Of a stretch of 64,000 nucleotides of DNA, positions 24,723-37,954 are shown in pieces. The position numbers and the translations under genes are program-made. The first letter of the stretch is position 1. Every line of letters starts with the position of its first letter. The notes under the pieces were generated by a model, which was given only the letters and a program-made list of their open reading frames with translations, was not told the origin of the DNA and did not search any database. The DNA is from Mobula birostris (Eukaryota), in NCBI RefSeq assembly GCF_030028105.1, contig NC_092399.1, forward strand, positions 15,830,881 through 15,894,880, in the 5' to 3' direction.

Positions 24723-26777
24723 CTCACTGCCTGTCTCACCACTGAACTAGGGACACAGGCCTGTAGCATCTTACATTATCAGTGTCCAACAGGAAATTGA
24801 GATAGCAAAAAAAAAAAATCAAAAATAATCATCCAGTTACACAGCACAGTCTTCATGCACCAACTCCAATGCCTTTGAGTAGCAGCCAGCATGGTGGTCT
24901 GCACTCAGGCCCACCCCTCTACTGAGACATGCTGCCGGCTCCTCCAATCAACTCACTGATGTGGTGGAGCTGCTTACCCCATGTTCTTGGAGTCTAGTTT
25001 AGTCTTGCAATCTTAAAAAACACATTTAGCAAAGGAAAAAAAGCTCCTGTGGTTGGACCCTGAGAAGCCACCATGTCCAAACTCTTAACTATCTTACCAG
25101 ACTCAGGGATTCTTATCAAAGCACTTGATATTGGGCAACCTTTCAACACCATCTGGCTCGGTCAGGGATGTTCCTGACAGATTGGCTCCATGGATCACTG
25201 AGAAGGTCTTGATGGCTACCACCAACTCTTGCAGCATCTCTTTGTGCCAGCCAACTACCATATCTTGCAGTGCCAGGGCTAACCAAAATTCAAATCTTGC
25301 TAGATTCAGGGGTTGTTTAGTCATACTGTCATGCTGCATCTTCAGACCCACATGCCAAATCACACAGAGACTTAGAAGGTTAAACAAAACTAGGAATTTT
25401 ACTAACAAAAGGGACAAAGTAAAACTTACAAGGTCTTGGATAACACAGAATTACTTGGCCATAACTTCACTAGACAAGGATCAGGACAGCTAAACCAACA
25501 AGGAACTAGCACTGACCCTATAAATACACTCCAGAGCATGAAAGAATCTGTGAGCAGCTGATAAAACCCCAGACTAATTACAAGCTAACAAGTAACTATT
25601 CTAATAAGTAACTATTCTAGTAAGAGGTAAAAGTTCAAAGATACTTAACTGGACACCTGCAAAGTCTCAGAATTAACTGGGAGAAGTCAAGGACAATTGC
25701 AACTTAAATGTAAACTAGAGAAGACCTAACAATAATACATTAAAAAAATCACAAAATGCAATAATACAGATAGTTATAATTAATAAAATGAAGAGAATAC
25801 CAAAAAAAACACAACAGCAAAAAACTCAGAGCCCTCAGAATAAGTGACCTGAGGTCGTGACAGGATTCCAGTGGTGCTGGCTAACTTCCACTACTTCCAA
25901 GCAATCTTTGAACCATAGAAAATTACACCACAATAAAGGAGAATTGGACCAATGCTTTGCTTTGTTTCAACTTATGGATTCCTGTAAAAACAGAATTCAT
26001 TTCTTGGGGACAGTGGGGGGGGGGGGTGAGGGTGGGAAATAGATTTCTGTTCTTTGTGTTCCTATGCATTAAAGGAAAAACAGTTGGTCGTTATTTCCCA
26101 AATTGCTGTCCATTAGGAATTGTGCTAAATTGGGAAAGTACAGAAATGACTTTTTTTTTAAGAAGGGGCAGGAAGGGGGAAAAAATACAACTGAAGACCT
26201 ATCATTTACTTTGCCTGAAAGTTACTGGAATCTATCATCAAATTCCATGCTAACGTCCTTTTATTTTGTTGAATTGATTTTCTAAAGGTAATTTTAAAAC
26301 ACATTCTGTGAATTTTCTTCACTATTCTGTTACAATTTCAAAAAATTCCAAAAAGCTGTTTGAAATGTAAGCTGTCCTTTAGTGATCTATAGTTTAAGGT
26401 TTGAGTTCCTCCTGATCTACTCATGAATCTTGGAGTTTCTTCACACTGCTGCTTTTCTAAGCTCTACATTTACATGTGAAAATATTTCCTATTAATGTTT
26501 TACAGTTCTGTTCAATTTTGGCTAATAGTCTCATCCAGTTGTAGCTTGCTTCTTTCCGGTCAACACTGAACCTCGTTATAATGTGGCCATAGTTTATACT
26601 ATAACCAAGTCTGATCCTGCATGCCTCTTCAGTAGCAATTTATTGACAAAGGAAACTATCCTAGGCGCACTATTAAACAAAAAGCATCTGTTTTTACCAC
26701 AAACTTTAAAAAATTCTATCTACTTTTGAGAAAGATTAACTCGATAGTATTAACTTTGAGCAAACTGTTAGGTTTGT

Positions 26778-27075
26778 CTACAGATGCAGAGGTATCAACA
26801 GTGTAAACGCAAGCTGGCTTTTTTCACTGAGGTTGGGTGAGACTAGAACGAGGTTAAGGGTGAAAGGTGAAATAACTAAGGGGAACGTGAGGGGAAACTT
26901 TACGTGAGGGGAGGGTGGTGAGAGTGTGGAATGAACTGCCAGTGGAAGTGCTGGACGCAGGATTGATTTCAACACTAAAGAGAAATTTGGATATAAAGGG
27001 CTATGGTCCAGGTGCAAGTCTATGGGACTAGGCAGAATAATAGTTCAGTATGGGCCAAAGATGTTCCATGACTCT
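26778..27075 (+). mobile_element. CR1 3' end
   Basis: Similar to 36860-37160. Confidence 0.65.
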
Positions 27076-29128
27076 ATATTGCCATCAATTTATACTGATT
27101 GCTTAGCAATTTTTGCTGTACTGTCAGTAATGGTTTCTTGTTATCAATTCTGTTTGAACACACCATTTTTATAAAATGCTATGTGGTCATTGACTGGTAC
27201 ACCGAGAATCATTTCTGGCCCTGCAGTAGGTTTCAGTGGCGCTGAAGGTCCAAGGATTGGGGGATCAGTGATTAGCTGTTAAACAATCAGTCACATCAAT
27301 AAAGAACAGATTATGCATAGATGCTGGAAATTGATCTTTTAAGTCCATATATCTCCATCTTAAACTGCTTCTACCACTTGTCCAGGGCTGGGGGAGCCGG
27401 CAAAGGTATACAGAGATTCATTACCACTGAGTGAAGAAATTTCTATCCACCTTAGTTTTAACTGGCCCCTTGATTGTGACTCTCCTACTAGTGAGAAATC
27501 TACCTCGTCAACAAGCCCTACTTCTGTGTTTGAGTGAGATCACTCCAGGGGATACAAACTCTAATCATCTAGCCTGGGGGTTTCTGACCTTTTTTATGCC
27601 ATGAACCCTTACCATTAACTGAGGGGTCTGCGGTCCCTGGTTTGTGAACACCTAATGTAGCCTCTTGATAGGACAACCCTCTTGTTCTTTCCTGGTGTAT
27701 CTTTTTTCAGACTACCAGCAAATGTACTATATTCTTTTTAGGTAATCGGACCAAAACCGCACAATATTCCCAGGTGACCTCATGAGCACCCTGTACTAAC
27801 ATGACTTCCTTCTTATTAAATTTTACCCTCTTTGCTATTTTAGTCCGAAATGCCGCTTGTCGCCTTTAATACTTTTTGAACTTACGAACTTTTTGTAACT
27901 CGTGCAGCAGAAAACCTTGATCTTGTCAAGTTCCTCCAGTGATTTTATTTTGCTGTGGATCGCTGTGAACTTCTCTCATTTGCAGTCTCTCTGAATTTTG
28001 ATAATCTATTTTTTGATTTCTTGAGGCAAAGCTGTTATCAACTGATCCATGGCCAGCACTGCTCTTTACTGTCTGTAAATCAAAGACAGTTATTTGGTAT
28101 CATTTTGCTGAAATGCTTCCCTTGCCTTCCTTTGAATAAACTAGTCCATGTGAAAGACACAATACTCTCTCCTCAGATGCAGATAGTTCCTGTTGCTGTA
28201 TCAATGTATAATGCAATTGTAAAGTTATATATTGGGCTATTTGGATGTACAGCTGAATTTAACATATCTCGACCACCATTAAAGTGACTATTGTAATTTG
28301 TACACAAAAGAATATCTAAAATCTGGAACAACTTTTCTGCCAGTCCAGCTAAGATAAACCAATTTGATGTATCCAAATCTAGTTTATTGTGTCTGTTTTA
28401 TTATGGATCAGTATCTTTACCATCTGTGACATTCAGACGTTCTGTGCTTTCTCAAACAACGCTGCAAGTTTGGTCAATAATTACTTGTGCTAGACTTTAT
28501 TTGATGCAGCAGAGATCTTTGATATTTATTAATTAGATGTACTTGTACACTGTTTATTGATTGCAGTTTAGGTTCCAGTCAGTGATTGTTCCAGATACAT
28601 TGTAGCAATCCAGCATTTTTTCATTTCACCATTGTGATACAATCTAAAGGCTATCGAATAGCAAGAATAACAAAATTTAAGAGAATACCCTCCAGTTTAA
28701 GTTCTGATTTCTGAGAATCACAATAAATGGGAAAACAAAAGGCTGTGAGTTTTCCAATCTAAAGGCAGTGTCTGTTTCTAGCAGGATGTAATATTTTTAT
28801 TATTTGCCTGCCAGGTCATGCACGTGTAAGTAACATGGCATGGGAAAAAATATTTTCAGCTGGTTGGAAAAATTCACTGTAAAATTAGTGGCGAATGACA
28901 AGTTTAAAATACTTTGAAGTTTTAAAATGATGAAATGGAAAGTCAGATACCCATATTTACAGATGACACAAAGATAGAAGTAGTTTGTAAAGTATGAAAA
29001 AAATATTAAAGGACCATAGTGGGAGATGACTTATTTTAACTTTTTAAAATGCTAAAATATAATATTCAATCTGAGCATCTATGTTTGATCAAAGAATGAA
29101 GTATGCATGTTGACTTCACTTCCCTCAG

Positions 29129-29437
29129 GTGCACCGTTCTAACAGACCAATTGTCTGCAAAGGATGCAGGAGAACCTTTACCAGCAACTTGCAGCATGGA
29201 GCAAGGCGGCTTGGCCTCTGCGATAGCTGCACGTGTGTGATGACAACGAATGAGGAAGCATCTCCGGTCAATCTAAGCCAGACTGAACAGGGTTTGGAAA
29301 CCCAGGAGAAGGAGGACAAAGATGCTAACTGGCCTGTGTACATAGAATCAAGTGAAGAAAATGAGTCTGCTGGAGACAATGTGGATGACAAGCAACAGAT
29401 TCAGAGAAGTTTGACAGATAGTGAAGGATTTATTTAG
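29129..29437 (+). CDS. ZBTB8B: ZBTB8B last coding exon
   Basis: Acceptor ttccctcAG; VHRSNRPIVCKGCRRTFTS...GLCDSCTCV...WPVYIESSEENE resembles the ZBTB8B C-terminus; ends in TAG. Confidence 0.95.
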   Translation: MHRSNRPIVCKGCRRTFTSNLQHGARRLGLCDSCTCVMTTNEEASPVNLSQTEQGLETQEKEDKDANWPVYIESSEENESAGDNVDDKQQIQRSLTDSEGFI

Positions 29438-32400
29438 TGACACAGTTTATTCCCTCCACTCCAGATGGGTTGCAAATGTTCTTCCCTAAGCATCATGATA
29501 AGCAAGTGCAGTAATGTACCATTATAGTGTTGGAACCTTCAAGGCCAAAGAAACTCCAGCCAATATAGATCCCTTATTAATTTTCAAATGGGGTATCAAC
29601 AGTTGGAATGGACCTCTGCCCAAGGAATCCAATTAGAAGTTGGTAAACTGGACAGAAGAGTAATACAGAATGGTTGCCAACCTGAATGGAGGAAGCTGGG
29701 AAGCCTCTTTCTGTGACAATTCCTTAAATAGAAAGAGCCAAATATCTGCTGGTACAACCAAAGTAAAATCCAGAGCCAATTCCCTTTCAGCATTTGCTGA
29801 TTATTACTGCTTGAGAATATTTTTCCCAAAAGAAACTCCGCAAATACAATGGGACTGTGCTAATTCTACTTTAAGTGACTTGTTCAAAGCAAATACATTT
29901 TGGTTGACTATGCCATTGGCTAATCATTTAGTTCAAGATCAAACAACTTGTAATATTCTGCATTGAATAGATCTGTGGATAAACGTTTTATTTTAAAAAG
30001 CACTAAAGTGGTGGTGTTAGTGCATTCAGATCTTCACCTTTGAATTTTATGTGGATGTTTTCTAACTTGTACTTGGTGAACATTGTGTTGATGTTCCTTC
30101 GGTTGAGTAAAAAGTCAGTTCTCCAAGACTTTTATTTCGGGGCCAATAGCCAGACCAACTGGATAGCCCAGTCCTGGCTGCGATACTGAACATTCTTTAA
30201 TCACTATATGCCACAAATGAAGGCAGGCAAGTTGGACTTCAGACAACTGAAGAAATTTCTCCAGCACTTGATATATTTATGATAATTGTAACCATTCTCA
30301 TTATCGTCTTTTTCTGTTTATGTTTTTTTATTGTAAGGGGTGGGGGGGGGGGAATATGTCCCCAATCCTGGAAGCCCACAGGTTCAGTTAAACAGTAATG
30401 AACTGCTGTAATGCCGAGAGCTCGATGAACCCTATTCTTCACATTAGAAAATAAAATTCAAGGGCTAGAAAATAGTATTTAAACGCAACTTGGAAAAGAA
30501 GCTGAACCTTGTCCAATATAAAACACTGTTTTGATGTATCAGAACTGCTTTAAACTGCAATAATTTTTAATTCACATTTGACCTCTCAAAGGGAACAAGT
30601 AGAAGACTAAAATGCTTACCTGAAAGGTCTCCTCACCATTGTCTCTCTGACAGATTATATTGCTATTTGATAGCCCTACATCAATAAATTGTCAATGTTT
30701 GTGTGGTCCACATAATAACAGGGTGGAAGCAAAGACCCTGTGATTGATCCATCATTCCTTTGGTGTCAAAGATGTTTGCTGTTTTTAAGCTCATCTTTTT
30801 AATAACTGATTGGATGTGATTTTAATGTATGTGTGCATGTTATAAAGTTTGTTCTCAACTGTAATGAGTCTAATGTTCTTTGATTAGGTACAGAGAATCT
30901 TTTAATCATGCTGCACTAATCTTGGAATATGAAGAAAAAGAATGATAGTATGTTCCTTTGTCCCCCCAACCCCAATGCTATGGGTTCAAATATATTCTCA
31001 CCCCATAGTACATGTGCAAAAACCTGTTTTGTAAATTTTTACTTGTTATTTATGGACACAAATTTATTTGCAACACAAAATTGTTATTAATAAGGCTTTT
31101 GACGTACCAAAGGATCTCAGCAAGCTTCATAGTAATGTTAATGAACAAAATTTGACACCAGACTACATAATGAGATATTAGGTGAGGAAAATGAAAACTT
31201 GCTTGATACTTTTTCCTTGTTTGAGAAGGAAAGAAACAGAAGAATGGAGAGGTTTGAGGGTAGGATCCCAGAACTGAAGACATAATCCACATTTGTGGAC
31301 TGATTTTAGTATTTAATCTGCAGGCCACTTCAAGGGGTGTGGGGGAGGGCTGATAGTGTAGCTTGCTAGAAGCTTGAATGGTCTGGATGGACTCCAGTGA
31401 TTATAATAATAGATTCATTTAGTTTAACTGGCCTTTTTTTGGCCTGTTTTGCATTGAGAGGAAAATAGATCAAGTAAGTTGGTAATCTTTTAATTCTGAC
31501 ACCTGGATATTAAATCCAGCCGAGAGAAATGGAATTTATCTCTCACCTAACTGTTTCCATTGATAGTAAATGTGACTGTATGGCCAATAAATTATGGGTC
31601 ATTTGTGCAGTTTTATATGGGTACAGATGATGTGAGGGAAGTTGTGCTATTGAATAGGTGATCTAATCAAGTTTAGAATCACACCACCAACATATGCAAC
31701 CAATGAAATTGCCCACTCTGCTGGCAGAGTCAAGTGGAAACTTAAGTATGTGGATGAAAACAAATTTTTAATCTACACCTATATTTGTTATAATGATGTT
31801 ATCAGGGGAGCAAATAGGTGCATATTAGATTAGCTACTAGCAATCAGTTCAAAATGTAAGACTCCAGATCTGGAGAGAAATTTCCCTTGTGCTGGTGCAG
31901 AGTTAATGGATCTTTACTGGTAATGAACCCGTATGTTGTTCCATGTTTGACATGGTGTATCCAAGAAATTCCATTTGCACTTCGAATCAATACAATTTCA
32001 AAGCTTTCTGAAGAATTTTTATTAATTAAGCTTAATCATTCTAGAATTGTTCTTTATAACAAATTTCGATTTCCTGTACAATTTTCTACTATGTCTTCAG
32101 TTTCAAGTACAAATTGATGCATGATACCGTTCAGTAATGGTGCTGTTAAGCAGGCCGGTGCTGTAGTGACATCAGCACTGGACTTTGAGGCAAATGATCC
32201 CGAGTTTGAATCCGGCCGGCTCCTAGCAACTCTGCCTCGTAAAAAAACCCCATAAGGCAATGGCAAGAAATGCCGCCTGATGCGCCACAAGGCGTGAAAA
32301 GGAACAACTCCAACAGCATAGTGCTGTTGACGTGTCCATAACAAATGGATAATTCTTCCTGTGGTCAACTGTAAGGAATAAAGGATGAGTGGGGAGGATG

Positions 32401-35400
32401 GGCTGCCATCTTTAATAAGATTATTACTAACCTGATTGTAATCTTAATCCAGTCTCTCCTAATAAGAGGAAATATGCCATAGCATAAAAATACTTGTTTA
32501 TGAATAAAATTCCTTGCAGTGAAATCCATAAAAGTCAATAATGATTGTTGTGTTATGCATAAACATATGACCTGAGGAGCAGTATACTGTAAAGATGGGT
32601 ATTCTCGCCCATCGATCTGTGGTTATTGAGTAACATTGGCTCCCTGTTAAGCAATGCCTTAATTTTAAAAAAAATCTTGTGTTTTCAAATCTTTACAGTG
32701 TATGACCTTGTCTCTAATTCTTATAAACCTCTTCAGCTCTACAACCACTGAGAAATCTTTGTACCTCCACTTTTGACTTTTTGATCCTCAAATTGAAATA
32801 TCAAAACATTAATGGCTGTCTCACCAACAATGCTGCCAAAGTTCTAATTACTTGAATTCCAACTCTAAATCATCCAGATTTTCTTTATTCCTTAAAACTT
32901 ATGTTTTCAATTAAACTTTTACTCAAACACTGGTATCTCCTTTTGCGGCTTGGTGTCAAATTTTACCTTTGAGTATTTTGCTATGTTAAAGGTAATATAA
33001 CTACAAATTGTATTTGATCTTAATGTTTCAGTTGCTATGAATAGTACAATAAAAGAACACAGCCCCACTCCACAATTCAAGTACTCTCAATCTCATTGGA
33101 TAACGTCATAAAATTTAGAGATTAATATCCTTTTTGAATGCTCTTTGAATTTTAAGGTGTACTTTAACCTCCTCGCAAAAGAGGGCGCTGTCTTTAAAAA
33201 ATGATCAAAAGACCTTGTACAATTTGTATGGGCTCCAAGTGCAGAATTAATGCAAAGGCACATTTCGTAATAGCAGAATTGTTTTTGGAATTGCAAAATT
33301 TGTACTGACAACAAGTAGGAATATTTTTAAAAAACAGAAAGAATGGATTAGTTTTCCTCAACCTCCCATGTTAGAGTCTTCTGGAGAAGGAAAAGAATTT
33401 ATGCCTCTGATTACAGTCATTCTGAAAACTGTTAGCTCCTACACATGAGATTCGGAAACTTGGTAACTGATGTTTGTCTGAAAGGATTCTACTTTTGGTT
33501 CAATTATTGGCCACTTTTGAACCCTTTTTTCCCCACCTTAGGATTACTTACTTCAATATTTCATATTGTTTGACTAGAATATTCATTAGGCAACTTCCCA
33601 GCTTCTCTCTATAGTTGCTGTTCTATTGTAGCCACTAAGATATTTGCATGCACAACTTGAAATGCCCATTCTTTTTTATACTTTATCTCTTCCCCCAACA
33701 GTTCAGTAACTCCCTATCCCTCTGTTCTCTTTTGCAAAACTGTTCCACCCAAAATCCTGTGTCACTTCTCTGGTCAAGACTTTTCCCCTGAAAGGAAAAG
33801 TGCATTTAAATGGGATTACATTTTTAACTCCACACTGATTTAGAAAATTTGATGCCCACTGCAATCTTGCCTACACAAACAGTAATTCCACGTTGTACAT
33901 CTTAAGTTTGGAGTTTCTATCTGCTTTCAACTGCACATGACTCTTAAGGAGAAAAAGACTGATCCTGGTGGCAACTCTGCAATGTATAGGATAATAATGT
34001 GACTTGATGGCGACTTTTTTTTATGTGAACCTGTTTTTGAATGTGTTATCCTATTTCCTTAAAGAAGAGATCTTTTTCCACCCTTCACATCTTAATGAAC
34101 CATCTGTTTTTGGTGCTTCGGTGCTGAATTTCATAGATTGTGACCATGTGGACATTGTTGGCGTCAATGTGCCAGTAGGTGCAATGGAATTGTAAATTCA
34201 AGTATTTTACGATCATTCAACAATATGGCAGTTTCTAACTTTTTCTAAATTTAAATTTCTGTTGACTATTTCAAATGTCAGCTGGAAAAAAAACTGGTAT
34301 CTTTTGTGCAACGTGGACATCTTTAATTGTTTCCATAATCTAAATAACCAAAATAAATGTGACCTAGTGCTTAGAAGATTAGCTACATTGTAGCCATGTA
34401 CCTCTATTACAATGATTAAAATGCATTTTCATTCTGTATGTAGTTAAGATATTTTGTATTATTCAGACATGATGCAGCCAATTTTGGATCATGGGAAACT
34501 GAGGTAAACTCAATGGTGGCCATAATGAAACATCTCGAAAACAGCCCAACTGGTCCATGCCAACCAGGATTCCCATCTAAGCTAGTCCCATCTGGAGGTG
34601 GTAAGCAATTTTTTCTTCAACTTTTTGCTACACATTTTATAGCTTTGATCACTCTCAACTGGTTGGAGTACCTTGCCCATTTATCCACATGAATATCCAT
34701 GTAATCTGTCGATGTAACTAATCAAATCCATTGTGGTTTTCACTGGATATGATGTACTATATATCTGTCCTCATTCAAACTTTTCTAATTTAATTGCTAG
34801 ACTAAACTCTTTAGTGAGATGAATTTCAGACTGAATTGTTAAGCTGCTTTACTTTATAGATCCAAGTCAACTTTAAGCTTATTTTCTTTGCTCGACTTGT
34901 ATCCTTTAAAAATAAGGAAAAAAATAGGTTTTTTTTTTGAACAGACTGTTTGCTACATGCTTCTCACTAAATAATTAATTGCAGCAACTGACATGCAGGT
35001 TTCCCTTGTATTGTTTTTATATTTTAAACGATTTAGAACCTTTGAGCATCCTCATCTAGTATTCTTAAGAAATGGAAGAGCAGTGTTCTTTATAGATTTT
35101 CTAAAACGGGGATTTTCTGTTCAGTCTGGCAGCTAAACCTTCCCAAGAATATATCATCCCCAAAGCACTGACTGTTGGGCTTAAGGTTATAAATTACCTC
35201 ACCCACAAAAGGAATAGATGCTCTGTTTCTCCACTGAGAAGGGAAAAGAGATGACATCCACAGTTGTTACAGACAGATCCAAATTTCCTTCCAACCACCA
35301 CTATTTCTTCTGTCCCCGGCTCCATCAATGCCATTCTGAGAGGATATATTTGTTTTGTTTTAAAATTTGTTATATAATTATTATTCCTGGATACTGTAGA

Positions 35401-36095
35401 ATTTGCAGAAATGACCTTAACAATGGTCAAGAATGTTAATCTGTTGATCTTGCCTAACCTTTTAAGATCACTAATTCATGAATAATTTGGATAATTGGAC
35501 AATGCTGAAAACACATTGCAGCAGTAAGTAGTTATTGATTAGAATTTTGTATCTCGGATCAATTTTGCATCTGTCTGAAAATATAAATAGTGTGACAGAT
35601 GCTCTAATTGCTGTAAATACTGTAAGATACTAAAGAAAAAAAGGGCTGCGGTGTTTAACTGTTAACCTACTGAGTCATTTTAAAGCTGCTGCTCTGATTA
35701 ACCCTTTGGGGATATAATTTGAATAACTCCTAAGATACTTAAAATTTATCTGATAGGAGTTTCTCTCCTTGTTAACTCAAGGGTGTGGGAGTAAATGGAT
35801 TTCTTACTCTCTTACATCATAAAATTGCTCTGTTGTAATTTCAGTTATACAAAATATTAAAAATTTCACAGTTACATTAGATTGCATTTATCCATATTTA
35901 TATTTATCCATGTTGGGAAAGTAGCCAGATAATCATTTGAAAGGAGAAGAAATTGGAAAACCCTTCCAAAATATGGAAGTAATGATGAACATTGTGACAG
36001 ACTTGAAGAAAATTAGGAATTGTGGAAGGAGAAGCTAAGTATTGCATGGCAGAAGAATATAAACTACCTTACATGTGGTATAATAAATCTAAATT

Positions 36096-36150
36096 TGTCT
36101 GAGAATGAAGCCATTTACATAATAGTATAAAATGGCTTCATTCTCAGACA
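36096..36150. repeat. Perfect 21-bp inverted repeat with a 13-nt spacer
   Basis: tgtctgagaatgaagccattt-(acataatagtata)-aaatggcttcattctcagaca. Confidence 0.95.
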
Positions 36151-36239
36151 TGAAGTTAAAAGAAAGTTGTCATTGTCTTGCTGAAGCTTTCCCAATCAAA
36201 AGCAAATTTGTTGATGTGTGGATTTGTGAACAATAAATT

Positions 36240-37180
36240 TGAACACAAAAGTGGATAGTTTTGGATAACTTTTGGAAGCCCGTGTCTGGTGGTGTACCAC
36301 AGGGATTCGTACTGAGTCTAATTAATAAATCAGATGATATTGTGGTGAACTGGAACAGCAGATTTGCAGATGATACCAAGATTGAGGATGTCGTGGACAG
36401 CAAGGAAGGCCGTCAAAACTGAGAAAATGGCAGATGGAATTTAATGCAGACAATCATGAGGTGTTGCACTTTGGGAGGTCAAACCAGTGGATGACAGGGC
36501 AGTGAGGTATGTGGCAGAACAAAGCAATCTGGGAATACAAATCCATAATTCTTTGAAAGTGGTGTCATGGATCAATAGAGTGATAAAGGAAGCTTTTAGC
36601 ACTTTGGCCTTTATGAATCAGGGCATTGAGTACAGGACTTGGGATGTTATGTTGAGGTTGTATAAGATGTTAGTGAGGCTGAATTTAAAGTTTTCTGTGT
36701 GGCTCTGGGCACCTGCCTACAGGAAAGTTAACAAAAATCTTGAAGGAGTACAAAGAATGTTGCCAAGACTTGAGGCTGAGTTACTGGGAATGGTTGAATA
36801 GGGTTAGGAGCTTTACTCCCTGGAGTGCAGGAGAATGAGGGGAGATTTTATAGAGGTGTTTGGATAGATAGATTGCATGCATACATACTTTCCCCCCTCC
36901 GGTTGGGTGAGACTAGAACTGGAGATCAGGTCCAGGGTGAAACATTTGATGGGAATCTGAGGGGAAACTTCTTCACTCAGAGTGGTGTGAACGTGGAACG
37001 AGTTGCCAGTGAAAGTGGTGGATGCAGGTCCAATAGTTACATTTAAGGGAACTTTGGATAGCTATATAGATGAGAGAAGTATGGAGGGCTATGGTCCAGG
37101 TGCAGGTAGATAGGACTAGGCAGAAAACCCGACAGGCATGGACCAGATGGGGAGAAGGGCCTGTTTCTCTGTTGTAGTGT
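36240..37180 (+). mobile_element. CR1 fragment
   Basis: SGVPQG and FADDTK remnants; LYKMLVR. Confidence 0.8.
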
Positions 37181-37547
37181 TTTCTATTTTGCTTGTCCCA
37201 TTATAGTTAATCCTTAACTATATAACAGCAAAAAACTGATATCAACCATCGCAGCAATGTATTTTAATAGAACACAAAGACATGAACATGGCTTTGCTGT
37301 GTGGTATGACAGGAACTACAGTAGTATGGCAGCTCTAAGCACCCTGGCTTCAATCCTGACCTAAGTGGAGCTTGCATATTCTTCCTGTGATAGTGTGGAT
37401 TGCCGGCCAGTGATCAGGTGTCTTCCTACAACTCAGTCTTGTGCAAGATTTAAACTGACCACTGTAAATTGCCCCAGATATGCAGCTGACAGGTAGAACG
37501 TGAGAAGACGGTGATAGGAATGATTGGAAAACAAAATGGAAATGGCA

Positions 37548-37954
37548 ACACACATCAAAGTTGCTGGTGAATGCAGCAGGCCAGGCAGCATCTCTAGGAA
37601 GAGGTACAGTCGACGTTTTAGGCCGAGACCCTTCGTCAGGACTAACTGAAGGAAGAGTTAGTAAGAGATTTGAAAGTGGGAGGGGGAGGGGGAGATCCAA
37701 AATGATAAGAGGAGACAGGAGGGGGAGGGATGGAGCCAAGAGCTGGACAGGTGATTGGCAAAGGGGATATGAGAGCATCATGGGACAGGAGGTCTGGGGA
37801 GGAAGACAAGGGGGGGGGGGAATCCAGAGGATGGGCAAGGGGTATAGTCAGAGGGACAGAGGGAGAAAAAGAGTGAGAGAAAGAATGTGTGTATAAAAAT
37901 AAGTAACGGATGGGGTACGAGGGGGAGGTGGGGCATTAGCGGAAGTTAGGAAGT
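37548..37954 (-). mobile_element. Penelope pLTR fragment
   Basis: Near-identical to the 53.5-53.9 kb pLTR; 11-bp TSD tggaaatggca. Confidence 0.85.

Larger units (their letters stand above)
18297..25862 (-). mobile_element. Decayed Ty3/Gypsy (chromovirus/sushi-like) LTR retrotransposon with nested insertions
   Basis: Related TG..CA LTRs at 25327-25862 (5') and 18297-19163 (3', interrupted); flanks ggatcc and ggattc. Minus-strand remnants of gag (LLSGKA..WA; ELGRTRLT..RRL at 23675-24148), RNase H ([35 protein letters not shown]), integrase (P.TNGQTE) and a chromodomain-like end; PPT-like ggggtgagtag next to the 3' LTR. Confidence 0.88.

Noticed and set aside
37350-37896. 100-160 aa ORFs on both strands (also at 22 kb, 52 kb, 53.5 kb and 63 kb)
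   Set aside because: They are translations of the low-complexity Penelope pLTR and recur in every copy.
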